From Ostrea edulis (lineage: Eukaryota): DNA of 64,000 bases. How positions within the stretch are numbered: position 1 is the stretch's first letter; every line of letters starts with the position of its first letter. The notes below the pieces were generated by a model. It searched no databases. It saw only the letters and a list, made by a program, of their open reading frames with translations, and was not told where the DNA came from. The position numbers and the translations under genes are program-made. This document shows, in pieces, positions 1 to 12,065 of this stretch. The DNA is taken from positions 108,934,001-108,998,000 of the forward strand of contig NC_079164.1 of assembly GCF_947568905.1 (NCBI RefSeq). The letters run 5' to 3'.

Positions 1-60
1 ATCTTGAGCTTTCATTTCATACCATGATCTGCGACCTTGTATCACAGTTATGTCGTTACT

Positions 61-123
61 TTTGGGTGCTAGGTTGTTTTGAGGGCTAGGTTGTTTTTGG
101 GGCTAGGTTGTTTGGGGGCTAGG

Positions 124-155
<32 letters not shown>

Positions 156-190
156 CTAGGTTGTTTTTGAGGCTAAGTTGTTTTGGGGCT
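61..190. repeat. ~17-18-bp tandem repeat (GGGCTAGGTTGTTTTTG)
   Basis: Visible periodicity, interrupted by poly-T and poly-G. Confidence 0.7.
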
Positions 191-1228
191 AGGTTGAGAC
201 CACAATATGGTGAGGAAACATGTAAATACTTATGAAAATAAAAATACGTGTTCACACTATCAAGTCCTTTTTTGAGAATGCATGTATATGAAAGTTCAAA
301 GGGCATATGTAGGTACACGTGTAGGTAGACCGAAAACCCACGTGGAAATACACACCAATATTTTCACACCATTATCTCCCAAGGTTGTACTGTTCAGTTA
401 TAAAATCTTTGGATTTGAAAAGTTCGAATTTTTAGAAAAGCATTGATCGAATGAGCAAATCCTTCAAGTTGACACACATAATGTGAAAAATTATTCAAGA
501 AGAACCAAACTTCATATCTAGAAATAAAAATTTGGATAACAATTATGAGTCAGTAAATCAAAATGATTTTCGCACTAAATCTTTGATTGGCCACAAGCTG
601 TTGTTCACTCTGTGTCGGAAACTTCCGGACGCGACATGCATGTGAAATTCCGAAAAAGGGAGAGTCGGAATTACGATAGATCCTAAATTTGCCGTAGGCC
701 ACAATAAGGTGTTTAAATACATGAAGATTGGTGAAATATCGACGTCGGCGAGTTATCACAATATCTATATGATGCAATTTCAAAGTACTACATTTTGCGA
801 ATTTTCAGTCATTTCGTGGAGAAATTGACCTTTTACTAAATATGTTTGTCTTTTTCGCTTCAATGTACATCAGCACTGTTAGAGCTAGCCTGTCGTCCAT
901 ACGCTCCTTATAAATAAATTTTATCTTGCCGGCAGGAGTTGTGTAATTTGAAACATGTAGACATTCTTCGGCTTTCTGTATAGGTACGTAAGAGTTCCGC
1001 ATTAAAAATAAGATTATACGCTTTACGAATATCAAGATGTCGTATTTGTCAAAGAAGTACAACGCATGTCCAGGGGGGGGGGGGGGGGGGATGTTGCCTG
1101 TCATCACCAAACTGTGATTTTTTTGGTTAACTGTGCATAAACCTACGACCTAACTACATGTATATTACTATAAAAGTGTAGTTAAACAGATGTCTAAATA
1201 GTGAATTTATTATTATGATTATGTGTAG

Positions 1229-1230
<2 letters not shown>

Positions 1231-1270
<40 letters not shown>
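1231..1270. repeat. (GA)n microsatellite; others at ~1659-1692, 2903-2968, 3381-3436, 13250-13283, 52411-52472 (CA/TA) and 59949-59990
   Basis: Direct reading. Confidence 0.95.
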
Positions 1271-1272
<2 letters not shown>

Positions 1273-1594
1273 ATTATTTGATAATTCTTGTATTCTAAAA
1301 AGATTTAAAACTCTGTCGTATAATTACTTAAAAGCGATTATTCGGATCTAATTTGCGAAATGATAGATTAATTAAGAAAATTATAAGACATAATTAGGCT
1401 ATCATAATTTTTTTCTGGTCGACTTTTCGTGAGTAAAACCCATGATCAAAACTATAGTGAACACAAAACATAAAAACTTAATCATTTTGTAATTTGAATG
1501 TTTTACTTGCACGCACCGCTACGTATATATGTATAAGGCTACCCATTTACGGCTTTGTGCTGTAGAAGCCTTCTCTTGGGAGCATCTGCTAGTA

Positions 1595-1654
1595 ATGGAC
1601 ATATATCTCAGAGGTAAGAAAGTATATGTATTCATTAGTAAATCTTAGTATGCT

Positions 1655-1696
<42 letters not shown>

Positions 1697-2898
1697 AGAG
1701 TATCTTGAAATACGAATATCAACTAACATTTACATATCCCATGTTTTTGCCCTTTATATATTGATCTACAAATTGTAATTGGATCCATTTCCTCATCAAT
1801 GTGTTGCAGTTGTAAACAATACGCGGATGAATACCATAAAATGTATATCTGTTTTAACGATTAGGGATTCCGATTGAAGTAATATAAGGGGGGGGGGGAT
1901 CGTTATCCAAAACGAACGCGCTTCATGAAGAATATTCAAAAATGGAAATCGGCCGACCCTTGGAATAACATGTACTAGGACAAAATAATGCACAGGTGTT
2001 GTAGCATGAAATTTTTCGAATGGTAATTCGAATTTCCCTTTGGGGAAAACGCACCCATCTTCAACAGGAGCGAAAGAAAAGTCCCTATTTCGCATTTCTC
2101 CTACCAGTCAATATAACGTTCCTTCTATGGTAAAAAAAAAAAAAAAAAAACTACTGAGGGTTCTACTCCTTCCCTCCTTTCCGGATTTCATCAAGTTTGT
2201 GTTTCTGAAATAGTTTTGGTCTGTCGTGGAATCATTACTAAGTGTATGTTGTCAAACTTTTCTCGAACACCAAGAGATTTGGTGCCGAGCAAAGCGAGGG
2301 ACCAAATCGAGTGGCGAGAGAAAAGTTTAAGAACATACAATATCTGTTTCACACGAGAAATTAACACTCTTTGTGACCCCTATCTAATTTATTATAACCA
2401 TTCAATATCTTTTATCCTTTAATCAAGATCATCCACATTTATCTTGATTGGTGCAATTTTATTTTGGCTGGGTTTGATAAGTTATGCCCTCAAGGGGAGT
2501 TTACCTATATTCAACAGCCAGATGAGGGTGCACAGTGAGTAGTTTTCAAGTGATATTAGTTTGTTTTTTTTTGCACACATCCATATTTCAAAGAGTGTCT
2601 GCCATGTCTTTTCAAATGGATTTAAGTTAAGAATTTACTTAAACTATTATTTTCGACATTTTCGGACATGATAGAAAATACTTCCAAGCGTTGTCTAGAT
2701 ATCATTTCTGAAAATGATATTGAAAACAGACTATTTGGGTGACCAACAAAAACGGATCAGATATCCTGATAGAGTGATATAAAATTGTCCCTGTGTCTTT
2801 CAAATGATAGATTGGTAGATGTATAGCTTTGTGACCGAAGATGGTAAGTACACATCCTATATTATTTTCATAAAGTGTTAGTGATGGGGCATAACATA

Positions 2899-2970
<72 letters not shown>

Positions 2971-3378
2971 AATATATCTTAGATAGAACACGTCTAATCT
3001 CATGATTCTGTTGGTAAACCAAGTCACCCAAATTTTTGTGTTTTTGTTTAGATATTCAATATTCCATACCAATTCTATTAACTGACACACCGAATTCAGA
3101 AAGCGCGGTGCCCTTCCTTGATTGTTATTAATTATAAATACAATGGCATGGTTACCCAACCATGAAGCTTGGACTTGGTGTGTACCATGTTTTAAAAATC
3201 TTTTTGTTCGAGGTGTGAAATATGTACTAATGATGGACAGCTTGTGTGTTGTTGTGCGTCCCGTCGAGAATTTTCACCCAAAGACGTCACAATCACAGGT
3301 AATTGATGTTTGGACCCATACTTTCTTTGATTCACCCCTCCCCTTTTTGAATCTGCATTTTTTTGTATTTGCATTGGT

Positions 3379-3440
<62 letters not shown>

Positions 3441-5724
3441 GGGGTAAGATCATATCGTCATCGAAAGGGGGCGGGGTCTAGCGCTGCTAATATATCCGCA
3501 GGTCGCGAGTTCAACCCCGGGTTATTGCTTGCGGACTCTATGAGCATGTGACCAGCACGCTAAACCGTTCGACCATCTAGTATATAATCTCACCATGTTG
3601 TCCCACGGTCACCAGGGGCGTAGCTAGCACTGATTTGATGTGTAGACAATTCAGGTTTCACGGGGCGAGGTGGTGGAGCTGGTCCCTTCTTACCACTGAG
3701 GTTGGGAATGGCGAGAGATTTTAGAAAAATAAGAAATATTTTACTCTAATTTGCTCATCAAAATAATTAAGATAGGTATGAACTAAATATCGTGAATTTC
3801 CAGTTTCAATGGGGGAATTTATTTGTATGTGTTTCACAAATCAGGGAAGCATATTTGAACTAAAATGCAGACCAGCTGGACTCGACGCATTAATTGGCAT
3901 CTCGTCCAATCTAATTAAAATTAGATGTTGGATCCACTCGCATACTCGCTACACAAACGTTTGTGTAGCGAGTATGCAAGCGGATCTAACATCTAATTTC
4001 AATTAGATTGCATCTCGTCACAATGGTTTATATACAGGTATTAGTAGTGTGATAGTAAATAGAAAATGAAATGACAGGAGTTTGTAAATATCAAATGATA
4101 TAACTTACATCTATACTTTGAGACACACGCCCACTAACACCCCCTCCTCCTTTAGAATGATTCTGTTACTTTATGTCGATATCTAGATCGGAGAGATCGG
4201 TCGAGGTCTGGATGTTTGTCGAATGAATTATGGTATTTGGTGTTTATATCCTCCTCAATTTCATTTTTGAATAATTATTGTTATTCAATATTACATTTTT
4301 AATGATTAAATATCAATGATAGATAAAAATAGTTCAAATGATGAATTTTCATTTTCCTATTTTTTTCCTGTTAATTCTGAAACAAATACTTTTTCACATT
4401 TTAAGTTAGGTGATGTTCATACACACACGTATTATAACCTTGATGGAAATTCAAAGCTACAGTTTGTATTTCCAGCTAGATGGTTTCGTTGGGGGAATTT
4501 ACTTGAATGGCCATATATCTAGATCATAGAGATCGGTTTGTCGAATGAATTACATGTATAGTATTTAGTGTTTATACATGTATATCCTCCTTAATTTCAA
4601 TTTTTAGTAATTATTGTTATTCAATATTGCTCTTTTATAATTAAATATCAATAATAGACAGACAAGTAAAAATGGTTCAAGTGATGAATTTTCGCTGTCC
4701 TATTTTCTGTTTATTCTGAACCAAATACTTTTTCACATTTTTTTTAAAAGAAAAAATCTGTACTATAACCTTGATGGAAATTCAGATCTGTGACATTGGT
4801 GCTATTTTGATGTCAAAAATTGAACTTTTAATATTATCCGGAATCTTTCATTGAGACTCCACTGCGATCTGGATAGGGATTTTTGAATAGGCCTACACAT
4901 GACACTGTATATATAGATCTATGTTAACTTATCAATACACGCTGAAATGTTGGTCTTTTGTCAGTACACATGTACCATTTCCCTCCGATTAAAAAAAAAA
5001 TGGGATAAACGTTAGAGAGATATAAAAATTTTATCATGTGCATATTTTTGTACAAATATTTTATCCAAATTATGTGTGGGCACGTGTCTAACGAAGCTAC
5101 GTCCCTGGGCTCACTGAGAAAAGAAATGAAATGCATTTATTTTACGTTTTAAGAGGATCATTCACGATTAACACTGCAATTGATATATATCTTTTTATAA
5201 AGCACATAGATTGCAAATTTTATACAACTCTTAACCAAACAAAACTGTTCAAAGTGAAACAAAAATATGGAATACAAAACGCTGGGAAATATATCCGCGC
5301 AGGATAGGAAAATGGACCCCTTTCATTTTAATATTTCAATACTAGGAACTTTTCATTGTTTTAATTAATTCGTTTTCACTAATCCATCTTAAATCAGCCG
5401 CATGGCCATTTCCCCCCTCCATTTATCTTGGAGTAATCATAAGGCATTTGTGAACAAAACCCTTTTTTCACGCTGGCAATGCTTTCTTGCGTATTTTCAC
5501 AATATTTACAATACATGTCTTTTTTATATTTTCTAGCCGTGATTTTCTGCCTTGTCATAGGCGCAGTGTTTGTATTGACCGAGCAGGCGTACACCCGCCC
5601 CGGACGGTGTGGATGGATTCCCGGTGCCACTCCATGCTATGATACGGGCGATTGGCGGCGGCAGAAAAGTCAATATGCGGCGCAGGCTTTAGACGATCTT
5701 TTCAAAAGAATGGCATACCGATGA
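1595..5724 (+). CDS. Small secreted prepropeptide, 68 aa, 2 coding exons (1595-1613, 5537-5724): MDIYLRAVIFCLVIGAVFVLTEQAYTRPGRCGWIPGATPCYDTGDWRRQKSQYAAQALDDLFKRMAYR
   Basis: ATG GAC ATA TAT CTC AGA G|gtaaga donor (phase 1) joins in frame to ttttctag|CC GTG acceptor at 5537. The join gives a complete hydrophobic signal peptide, a C-x8-C pair, and RR and KR sites. TATA-like tatatatgtataag lies at ~1523-1536 and AATAAA at 5821. Pairing of the two exons is inferred. Confidence 0.7.
3907..4010. mobile_element. 104-bp foldback MITE (Mutator/MULE-like), 9-bp TSD CATCTCGTC
   Basis: Two 52-bp inverted arms CAATCTAATT...CAAAC|GTTTG...AATTAGATTG, with an identical 9-mer at 3898-3906 and 4011-4019. Confidence 0.85.
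4180..4790. repeat. Degenerate direct duplication (~4180-4465 and ~4515-4790) in the peptide gene intron
   Basis: Both copies run ATATCTAGATC...GTCGAATGAATTA...AACCTTGATGGAAATTCA. Confidence 0.65.
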
Positions 5725-5943
5725 TATCAACTTCTTGACTTACAAAAAGAGACACTCTTTGAATGAAAGTTGCGTAGATTATAGAACTTCAGTATAAACT
5801 TATTTAATTGCATCCATAGTAATAAAATATGCTTTCCAACCTGTTCTTCGTTACTTTTTTTCCGTTCTTAGTCTTTTATGGTTTCTATACAAGTTTAATT
5901 ATGTTATCGTCTCTACTTCGGTCATAACATCGCGGCTCTACTC

Positions 5944-6670
5944 GTGTTATCGCATTTCTGCTTGTGTCATCGCATTTCTGCTTGTGTCATCGTGTTTCTG
6001 CTTGTGTCATCGTGTTTCTGCTTGTGTCATCGTGTTTCTGCTTGTGTCATCGCATTTCTGCTTGTGTTATCGCGTTTCTGCTTGCGTTATCGCGTCTCTG
6101 AGTTATTACATCTCTATACTTGTGTTATTGCGTCTCTGCTTGTGTTATCGCGTTTCTGCTTGTGTTATTGTGTTTCTGCTTGTGTTATCGCGTTTCTGCT
6201 TGTGTTTCTGAGTTATTACATCTCTATACTTGTGTTATTGTGTTTCTGCTTGTGTTATCGCGTTTCTACTTGTGTTATTGTGTTTCTGCTTGTGTTATCG
6301 CGTTTCTGCTTGTGTTTCTGCTTGTGTTATCGCGTTTCTGCTTGTGTTTCTGAGTTATTACACCTCTATACCTGTGTTATTGTGTTTCTGAGTTATTACA
6401 TCTCTATACTTGTGTTATTGCGTCTCTGAGTTATTACATCTCTATAATTGTGTTATTGCGTCTCTGAGTTATTACATCTCTATACTTGTGTTATCGCGTC
6501 TCTGAGTTATTACATCTCTATACTTGTGTTATTGTGTTTCTGAGTTATTACATCTCTATAATTGTGTCTCTGAGTTATTACATCTCTATACTTGTGTTAT
6601 TGTGTCTCTGAGTTATTACATCTCTATACTTGTGTTATTGTGTTTCTGCTTGTGTTATCGCGTCTCTACT
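5944..6670. repeat. Composite minisatellite (20-bp TGTGTTATCGCGTTTCTGCT and TGAGTTATTACATCTCTATACT units)
   Basis: Direct reading. Explains the repetitive ORFs at 5944-6849. Confidence 0.9.
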
Positions 6671-6863
6671 GTTTGTTCTCATCTCTATACATTTACAATG
6701 TTTTTACCTTCGATATCTCTAATTCTGTAATTGTCTCTATATACTTATGTTATTGCGTCTCAATATGTTATCGTCTTCTGCTATTGTCATTGTTCCCGAC
6801 CCAGGCTATGAAACGTTGGCGAAATAAGATATCTCTAAATAAAAAATAGCTTTCAATGAGCAT

Positions 6864-7090
6864 GAAAAGTGAAGATAACGAACAGTGATCAATCTCATAA
6901 CACCTATAAGCAATACAAAATAGAGAGTTGGAAAAAAAACCGGACCCCTGGATATACTAGAGGTGGGATCAGGTGTCTAAGAGGAGTAAGCATCCCCTGT
7001 CGACCGGTCACACCCGCCGTGAGCCCTATATCTCAATCAGGTAAACGGAGTTGTCCGTCGTCAAAATCAGTGTGCCAAGAACGGCCTTAC
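6864..7090 (-). mobile_element. Penelope-like retroelement 3' terminus fragment
   Basis: AAGTGAAGATAACGAACAGTGATCAATCTCATAA...GAGGTGGGATCAGGTG is shared with the RT-bearing copies elsewhere in the window. Confidence 0.7.
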
Positions 7091-7819
7091 AATCACATCT
7101 CAGTCCAACTGTTCAGCATAATGCAGTTACAGATCTGCGGCAATCTCCAATTGGATTAGAAATCAGAGTGAGACTAATACCAGTACTATGAGCATCTTGT
7201 CCATACCCTGCTCTCAAATTTGGAGTGCAGGTAAACATAACCAATACTAATACATGTATTCACATATCAAAATACTGACATTGATCACTATGCAAAATTC
7301 ATATCGACGAAGAGCTCACTTGTTTTATGCAAATTCACAATACTACAGCCACTTATGAATATGAGGAGAGAATAAATCAATCATTGATCTAGACAAAAAC
7401 CAGCCACAGACATACTATTGTACTCTTAGTGTTTTATCACATAAAAAAGTTAATCAAAAAATTAAATTCACATAAATTCTCTTTTACTATCACAAAAATT
7501 TCTTATTGATTGCATAAGAAATTACAACTACATATGAATAAATGAGTTGTATCCACATATTTAACATATATAAATATGGTAATAAATAAAGAAAGCAACT
7601 TAAATTGGGGTGTTTAAAAATACTCTTTGAAAAATTTTCAGCAGTTTTCTACCTGAAGTTCAAATACTGGTATATTCCAAAAGAAGCCCCTGGTGCCCCT
7701 CTCCTGTAGTCAGGTATATTCTTTAAAATAAAGTTTCCAGCCATCACAACAATGGACAATGAAATTCAGTTATCATTGAAAAGTTTTGTCAGAAATAACA
7801 CTAAATTTAAAACTGTCTA

Positions 7820-9315
7820 TCAACAAAGAGACACTTGTTTTAAAACATCACTGCATTTGGCATCTATTTTCATATCAGCGAGTTTGTCTGCACGTGTAGG
7901 TCCAATACTTAAAATCAAGATAGGTTTCTTCATTTCGGAGGCTCGAAATACAAATCTATACCCAGAGTATACCTTTAAAAAAGAAAAACAGGTAAATTCA
8001 CTATCATGTAGTACTGCATACACTATACCTCAAAATTTATCTTATTTCATATATCTGTTTTCTTACAACACTAAAAAGCTTACTGTAAAATGGTATTGTA
8101 TATTTTGCTAGATATCTCAGTATGCCATTTTAGCACTTCTTTCCACCAGTAATTTATGATTAAATGAAAAGTTTATCAATGGTAAAACTTCTTTCTTTAT
8201 GCGTTGTCAGTGGTATATTGCTAAATTACCTCTAATGAAGACCCAACAACAAGAACCTGGTCACACTCTTGTACTTTTTGGAAAACAAAATTAACAGTGG
8301 TCTTTGGAACATTATCTCCAAAAAAGATTATCTCTGGTTTTAAGGGTCCTGAGCATTTAGGGCAAACTGGTGTCTGAAAAACAATGTACAACTCAACCTG
8401 TTCAATGGTGAATCATATTGAAGTCATATTAAGGATTTACTGGCATCAAAACAATACTAGATGTTGTTTTAATTATTCTAATTTAAACAGATGAACAATA
8501 GCAATCAACAAAATACTTTTTTAAAGTCAACATTATCATGTATCTGTAAAACATAATTTCTCAACAAATTCTCTAAGTAAAAAACTAGTATTTAGAATAT
8601 AAAATTGTGTACAGTATATGTAGAAATGATTTACACAAAACCCTTCTATTTCTTCTTGAGATAGTTGTATATCACCATCTGGTGCTAACACATCTGAGAA
8701 ACCTCTCCAAGTTGGATTAAGATTTTCAATCATTGCTTGTAAATCGTGTCTGGTTATTTTGAAATCACATCTCAGACAAGCCACTCGGTGAGTACTGCCA
8801 TGAAGCTCAGTCAGCTTGGTGCTTCCCACCTTTTGATGCAAGGCATCAACATTTTGAGTGACCAACCAGCAAACTTTACCCAAGTCTTCCAAATTCTTTA
8901 AAAATCTGTGGGAATCATTTGGTTGAACAGTGGAAAATGTAGGCCAGCCAATATAATTTCTTGCCCAGTATCTCTGTCGGATTTTTTCACTTTTCACAAA
9001 ATCCTGATATATGACAGGTCTGCTTTTGCTAGTAGCATACAGTCCTACTCCTCGTGATCTGTAATCTGGAATGCCACTTTCTGTTGAAATACCTGCTCCT
9101 GTCAAAACTAAAATGTTTCGTCCTTTGTCAACGAACTCGGAAAAATCTTGGATATCATACTGAGAGACACCTTTGGATTTAGGTACATATGCTTGAGTAA
9201 CAACCGAATATTTCCTGATCACTGGTAACTCGCGCAATCTGGTTGTTACGATTCTTCCCATGTACTGGACTGTGACCATGTTGAACAACTGAACTCTACC
9301 CCCAGCTGATACCAT
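7820..9315 (-). CDS. SIRT4: NAD-dependent protein deacylase sirtuin-4 (mitochondrial), ~325 aa; exons 9315-8635, 8373-8230, 7972-7820
   Basis: Motifs GAGISTESGIPDYRS, RQRYWARNYIGWP, TQNVDALH, ELHG, CxxC...CPKC, LKPEIIFFGDNVP, VVGSSLEVYSGYRF and IGPTRAD. All junctions are GT-AG and phase 0. Exact start Met is uncertain. Confidence 0.95.
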
Positions 9316-9399
9316 AGTAACTTATGTAAGTAAAGATGCTGGAAGTGTTGACATTGTCAGCTGTTATGTAACATAATACTTTAAATCCCGATCCCGTTC

Positions 9400-9690
9400 A
9401 CTAAAAATGATATTTTAGGAATATGGGATTTTTATAAATTTTAATTAGAATGAAATAAAACAGTTGGAAAATATTTTTTTTATTATCATGATATTATTTT
9501 TTGTGTCGAAAAAGTGAAATTATAAATACAGGCTTTATATATATACTATTAGAATCGAGATCGGTGTACATGTATATTGATTACATTAACTCTACTTTCT
9601 CTTTTGCACCGTGCATGCTCCTATGGTTTCCCTCAGAACTGCGTCTACTGTCAAGAGTATTTTGCGTCAACGATTTACAGTTAATACTTG
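9400..9690. promoter_or_regulatory. Probable bidirectional promoter region of SIRT4 (-) and NIF3L1 (+)
   Basis: The two genes diverge. A plus-strand donor gtaagt at 9690 and further UTR-like exons (~11568-11625, acceptor 12009) suggest NIF3L1 transcription starts close to the SIRT4 5' end. Inference only. Confidence 0.35.
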
Positions 9691-9829
9691 TAAGTGGAAA
9701 TAATACAGGCTAATGTTTTGACTGATTTCCATTTTCTTGATTTACTGCATAGACTTTTTAGATATACCATAGACATACATATATATACTGCATACTGTCT
9801 CTGAATATACTAACAGACTTTTAAAAAAC

Positions 9830-10269
9830 AGGTTGGGAACACTTCCCATATAGCGAGATCTTCTCTCTAAAACCGAGAAAGTAAACATTACCATAAACAG
9901 GTATTTTGGTGTCTATTGAAAATAATGGCAAATTCCGTGCAATGCTGATTAAGATGCGACACCACTCAACCTATTACGTGAATTGTCTCTATAAAATTGA
10001 CAACACAGTCAAGAAATTGCATGTCAAAGTTGCTGTGTGAGAGGAAAGCAGTCTGAAATCCAATGCACATCGTGAGTGTTTTTGTTTTGATCAGTCTATT
10101 TGCAGAAGTATCAGAAAATTTAGCACTTTTTCTTCTTTTCAAGTGAAACATGAAGAGATGTACTCCATGGGTGTATTTCTCGGTTGTATGGGATATATTT
10201 ACTTTTACTAGAGAGGGATAATCGCGTTTTTGCGAGAATATCTCCCTGTAGGGGAAGTGTTCCCAACCT
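9830..10269. mobile_element. ~440-bp non-autonomous DNA transposon (TIR AGGTTGGGAACACTTCCC), copy 1
   Basis: Terminal inverted repeats, plus a homologous full-length copy at 23795-24242. Confidence 0.75.
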
Positions 10270-10310
10270 ATTAAACAGTGATCAGTGTTAATACAATGGT
10301 AGGTGTTTTA

Positions 10311-10707
10311 TAGTATACTTGATTCTAACGATCCGGCATACTCGGGTTAACTGGCGATGATCGGCGACACACTTGATTGTGAGCCGGAAGAATTGCGCAC
10401 GCATCCCGCCGGGTAAGCCAAATGAGCTGGAAAATTTTGATAGGCGAAAGCGGCTTCAAGCTGGCATCCATGGAGACAGTATCGAGAGGTGCTTGTTCTA
10501 AGACATAATGTTTTTAATTTTTACACTGGTGAATAAAACATGATTTGTAAATATGTTGGAAACTATGCCGAATTATGTTTATACAGTAGAAGGTCAACAT
10601 TTTCATTACTGTACTGTAGCCGGGTCACTTAATTCTTATTGCGTTCTTGGGTTACTATACCCGGCTTAGTTCGATTCGACCGGAATTTATCAAAATCAAG
10701 TATGCTA
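10311..10707. mobile_element. ~400-bp TIR element with TAG...CTA ends (Academ-like non-autonomous element, tentative)
   Basis: TAGTATACTTGATT at the start and AATCAAGTATGCTA at the end are inverted. No clean TSD seen. Confidence 0.5.
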
Positions 10708-10930
10708 ATAAACAGATCCAGCACAATCTCTTTATTTAGCTATACAGCTTTATTAAGCTAGTTTAAATTTAATTAGATTGGATATCTTAAGTGTATTGGT
10801 ACAGCCAAAAAGTACGTTGCATAATAATTATACTTTGAACTAACCACAACACTATTCTAATTAGAGTAACAGTAATGCTTCGTTTTAAGAATTTTCAGGG
10901 AAAGTTGATATTAGTTATGTAGACACTTAT

Positions 10931-10966
<36 letters not shown>

Positions 10967-12065
10967 TATCCTATTTCCGTATTACCCCTCTAAGTGTCTA
11001 CGAATTTATCCTGTTGATGAGTTTACGTATTCATTAATCAAAGGCATTTTGACATTATTCATTATTACAACAATAATTAATGACTACAACCTATGTATTC
11101 TTGAGATACTCTATCAAAGATACAACAATGAAAAAGTGGCTGCAACATTTAAACCATCCACAACGGGATAAAAACAAGTTTTTAAAAAAACTGTAAATTC
11201 AGAAATGAATTCCTTTGTTTTTGTATACCTATGACATCATAATATGCGCTGACTCCAGTGACAGGGTATACTTATTCTCCTGATGTCATTAGAACACATA
11301 TGACATGTGGTCAGTAAACCACGTGGAGGGGGCATATTAAAAATATTAGGTTAGTAAGAGGCATAATATCATTTTATGTAGTATTGGTTTAAGCCAATTA
11401 AATTCCAAGATTTAATCATAGGCAGGATAATTTCTTTTGTGTTGTTAACTGTCCACTACCCTGTGTGCATTGAAACATAGATAAATAGGATGACTTTACA
11501 ATGTGTAACCTTATTGGCAGTCCATTATTCTTTTGATCCTCATTGACTTTTATTCTATTCTGAAGATTGGATAACTGTTGCTTAACTTGATAATCCTAAA
11601 CATTTGAATCAAAATTTTTCCAAAGGTATGTAGTTTAAGAAATATTTTTTGTTTACACTGTGTTGTACGGACTTCAAGGATGAAATCTGTTCACTCAGTG
11701 AAATTCAATTTTTATGCTTTTAGAAATTATTTTGATAAAAGATTTGAAATAGTGCAATAAAGTTATTTCAAATAGCTTTATTAAGCTATGTAACTAATAA
11801 AGTTATATAGCTAAATAAAGAGATTGTGCCGGACCTGATGAAGGGTATTTTGAATGAAAAAGATCTTTCTCAAATGATGAATTGTCTCATGAACATGAAA
11901 ATCAAACTTTTGAAATGTTTCTATGGTGAGATGTGTTTTAAGTCATGAATATTTTTAAAAATATATATGATTTAGATCTGTTTCCAAAGTTCTGTTTTCT
12001 CTTTTGTAGATGCTGCTGTTTCTTTCCATCAACTGAATACATTTTGTACAGTTGTTAGTTCTACA

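Noticed and set aside
1796-2095. 99-aa minus-strand ORF inside the peptide gene intron
   Set aside because: No recognisable motif. It contains a poly-C-derived PPP and sits in repeat-like sequence.
11828-11875. Hammerhead ribozyme core (CTGATGA...GAAA)
   Set aside because: No stem II or stem III pairing could be formed. Other CTGATGA hits (20624, 55221) also lack the stems.
12010-12065. In-frame N-terminal (mitochondrial presequence) extension of NIF3L1
   Set aside because: The frame is open to the acceptor, but the nearest upstream exon candidate (~11568-11625) has an in-frame TAA and no ATG. It is unsupported without transcripts.
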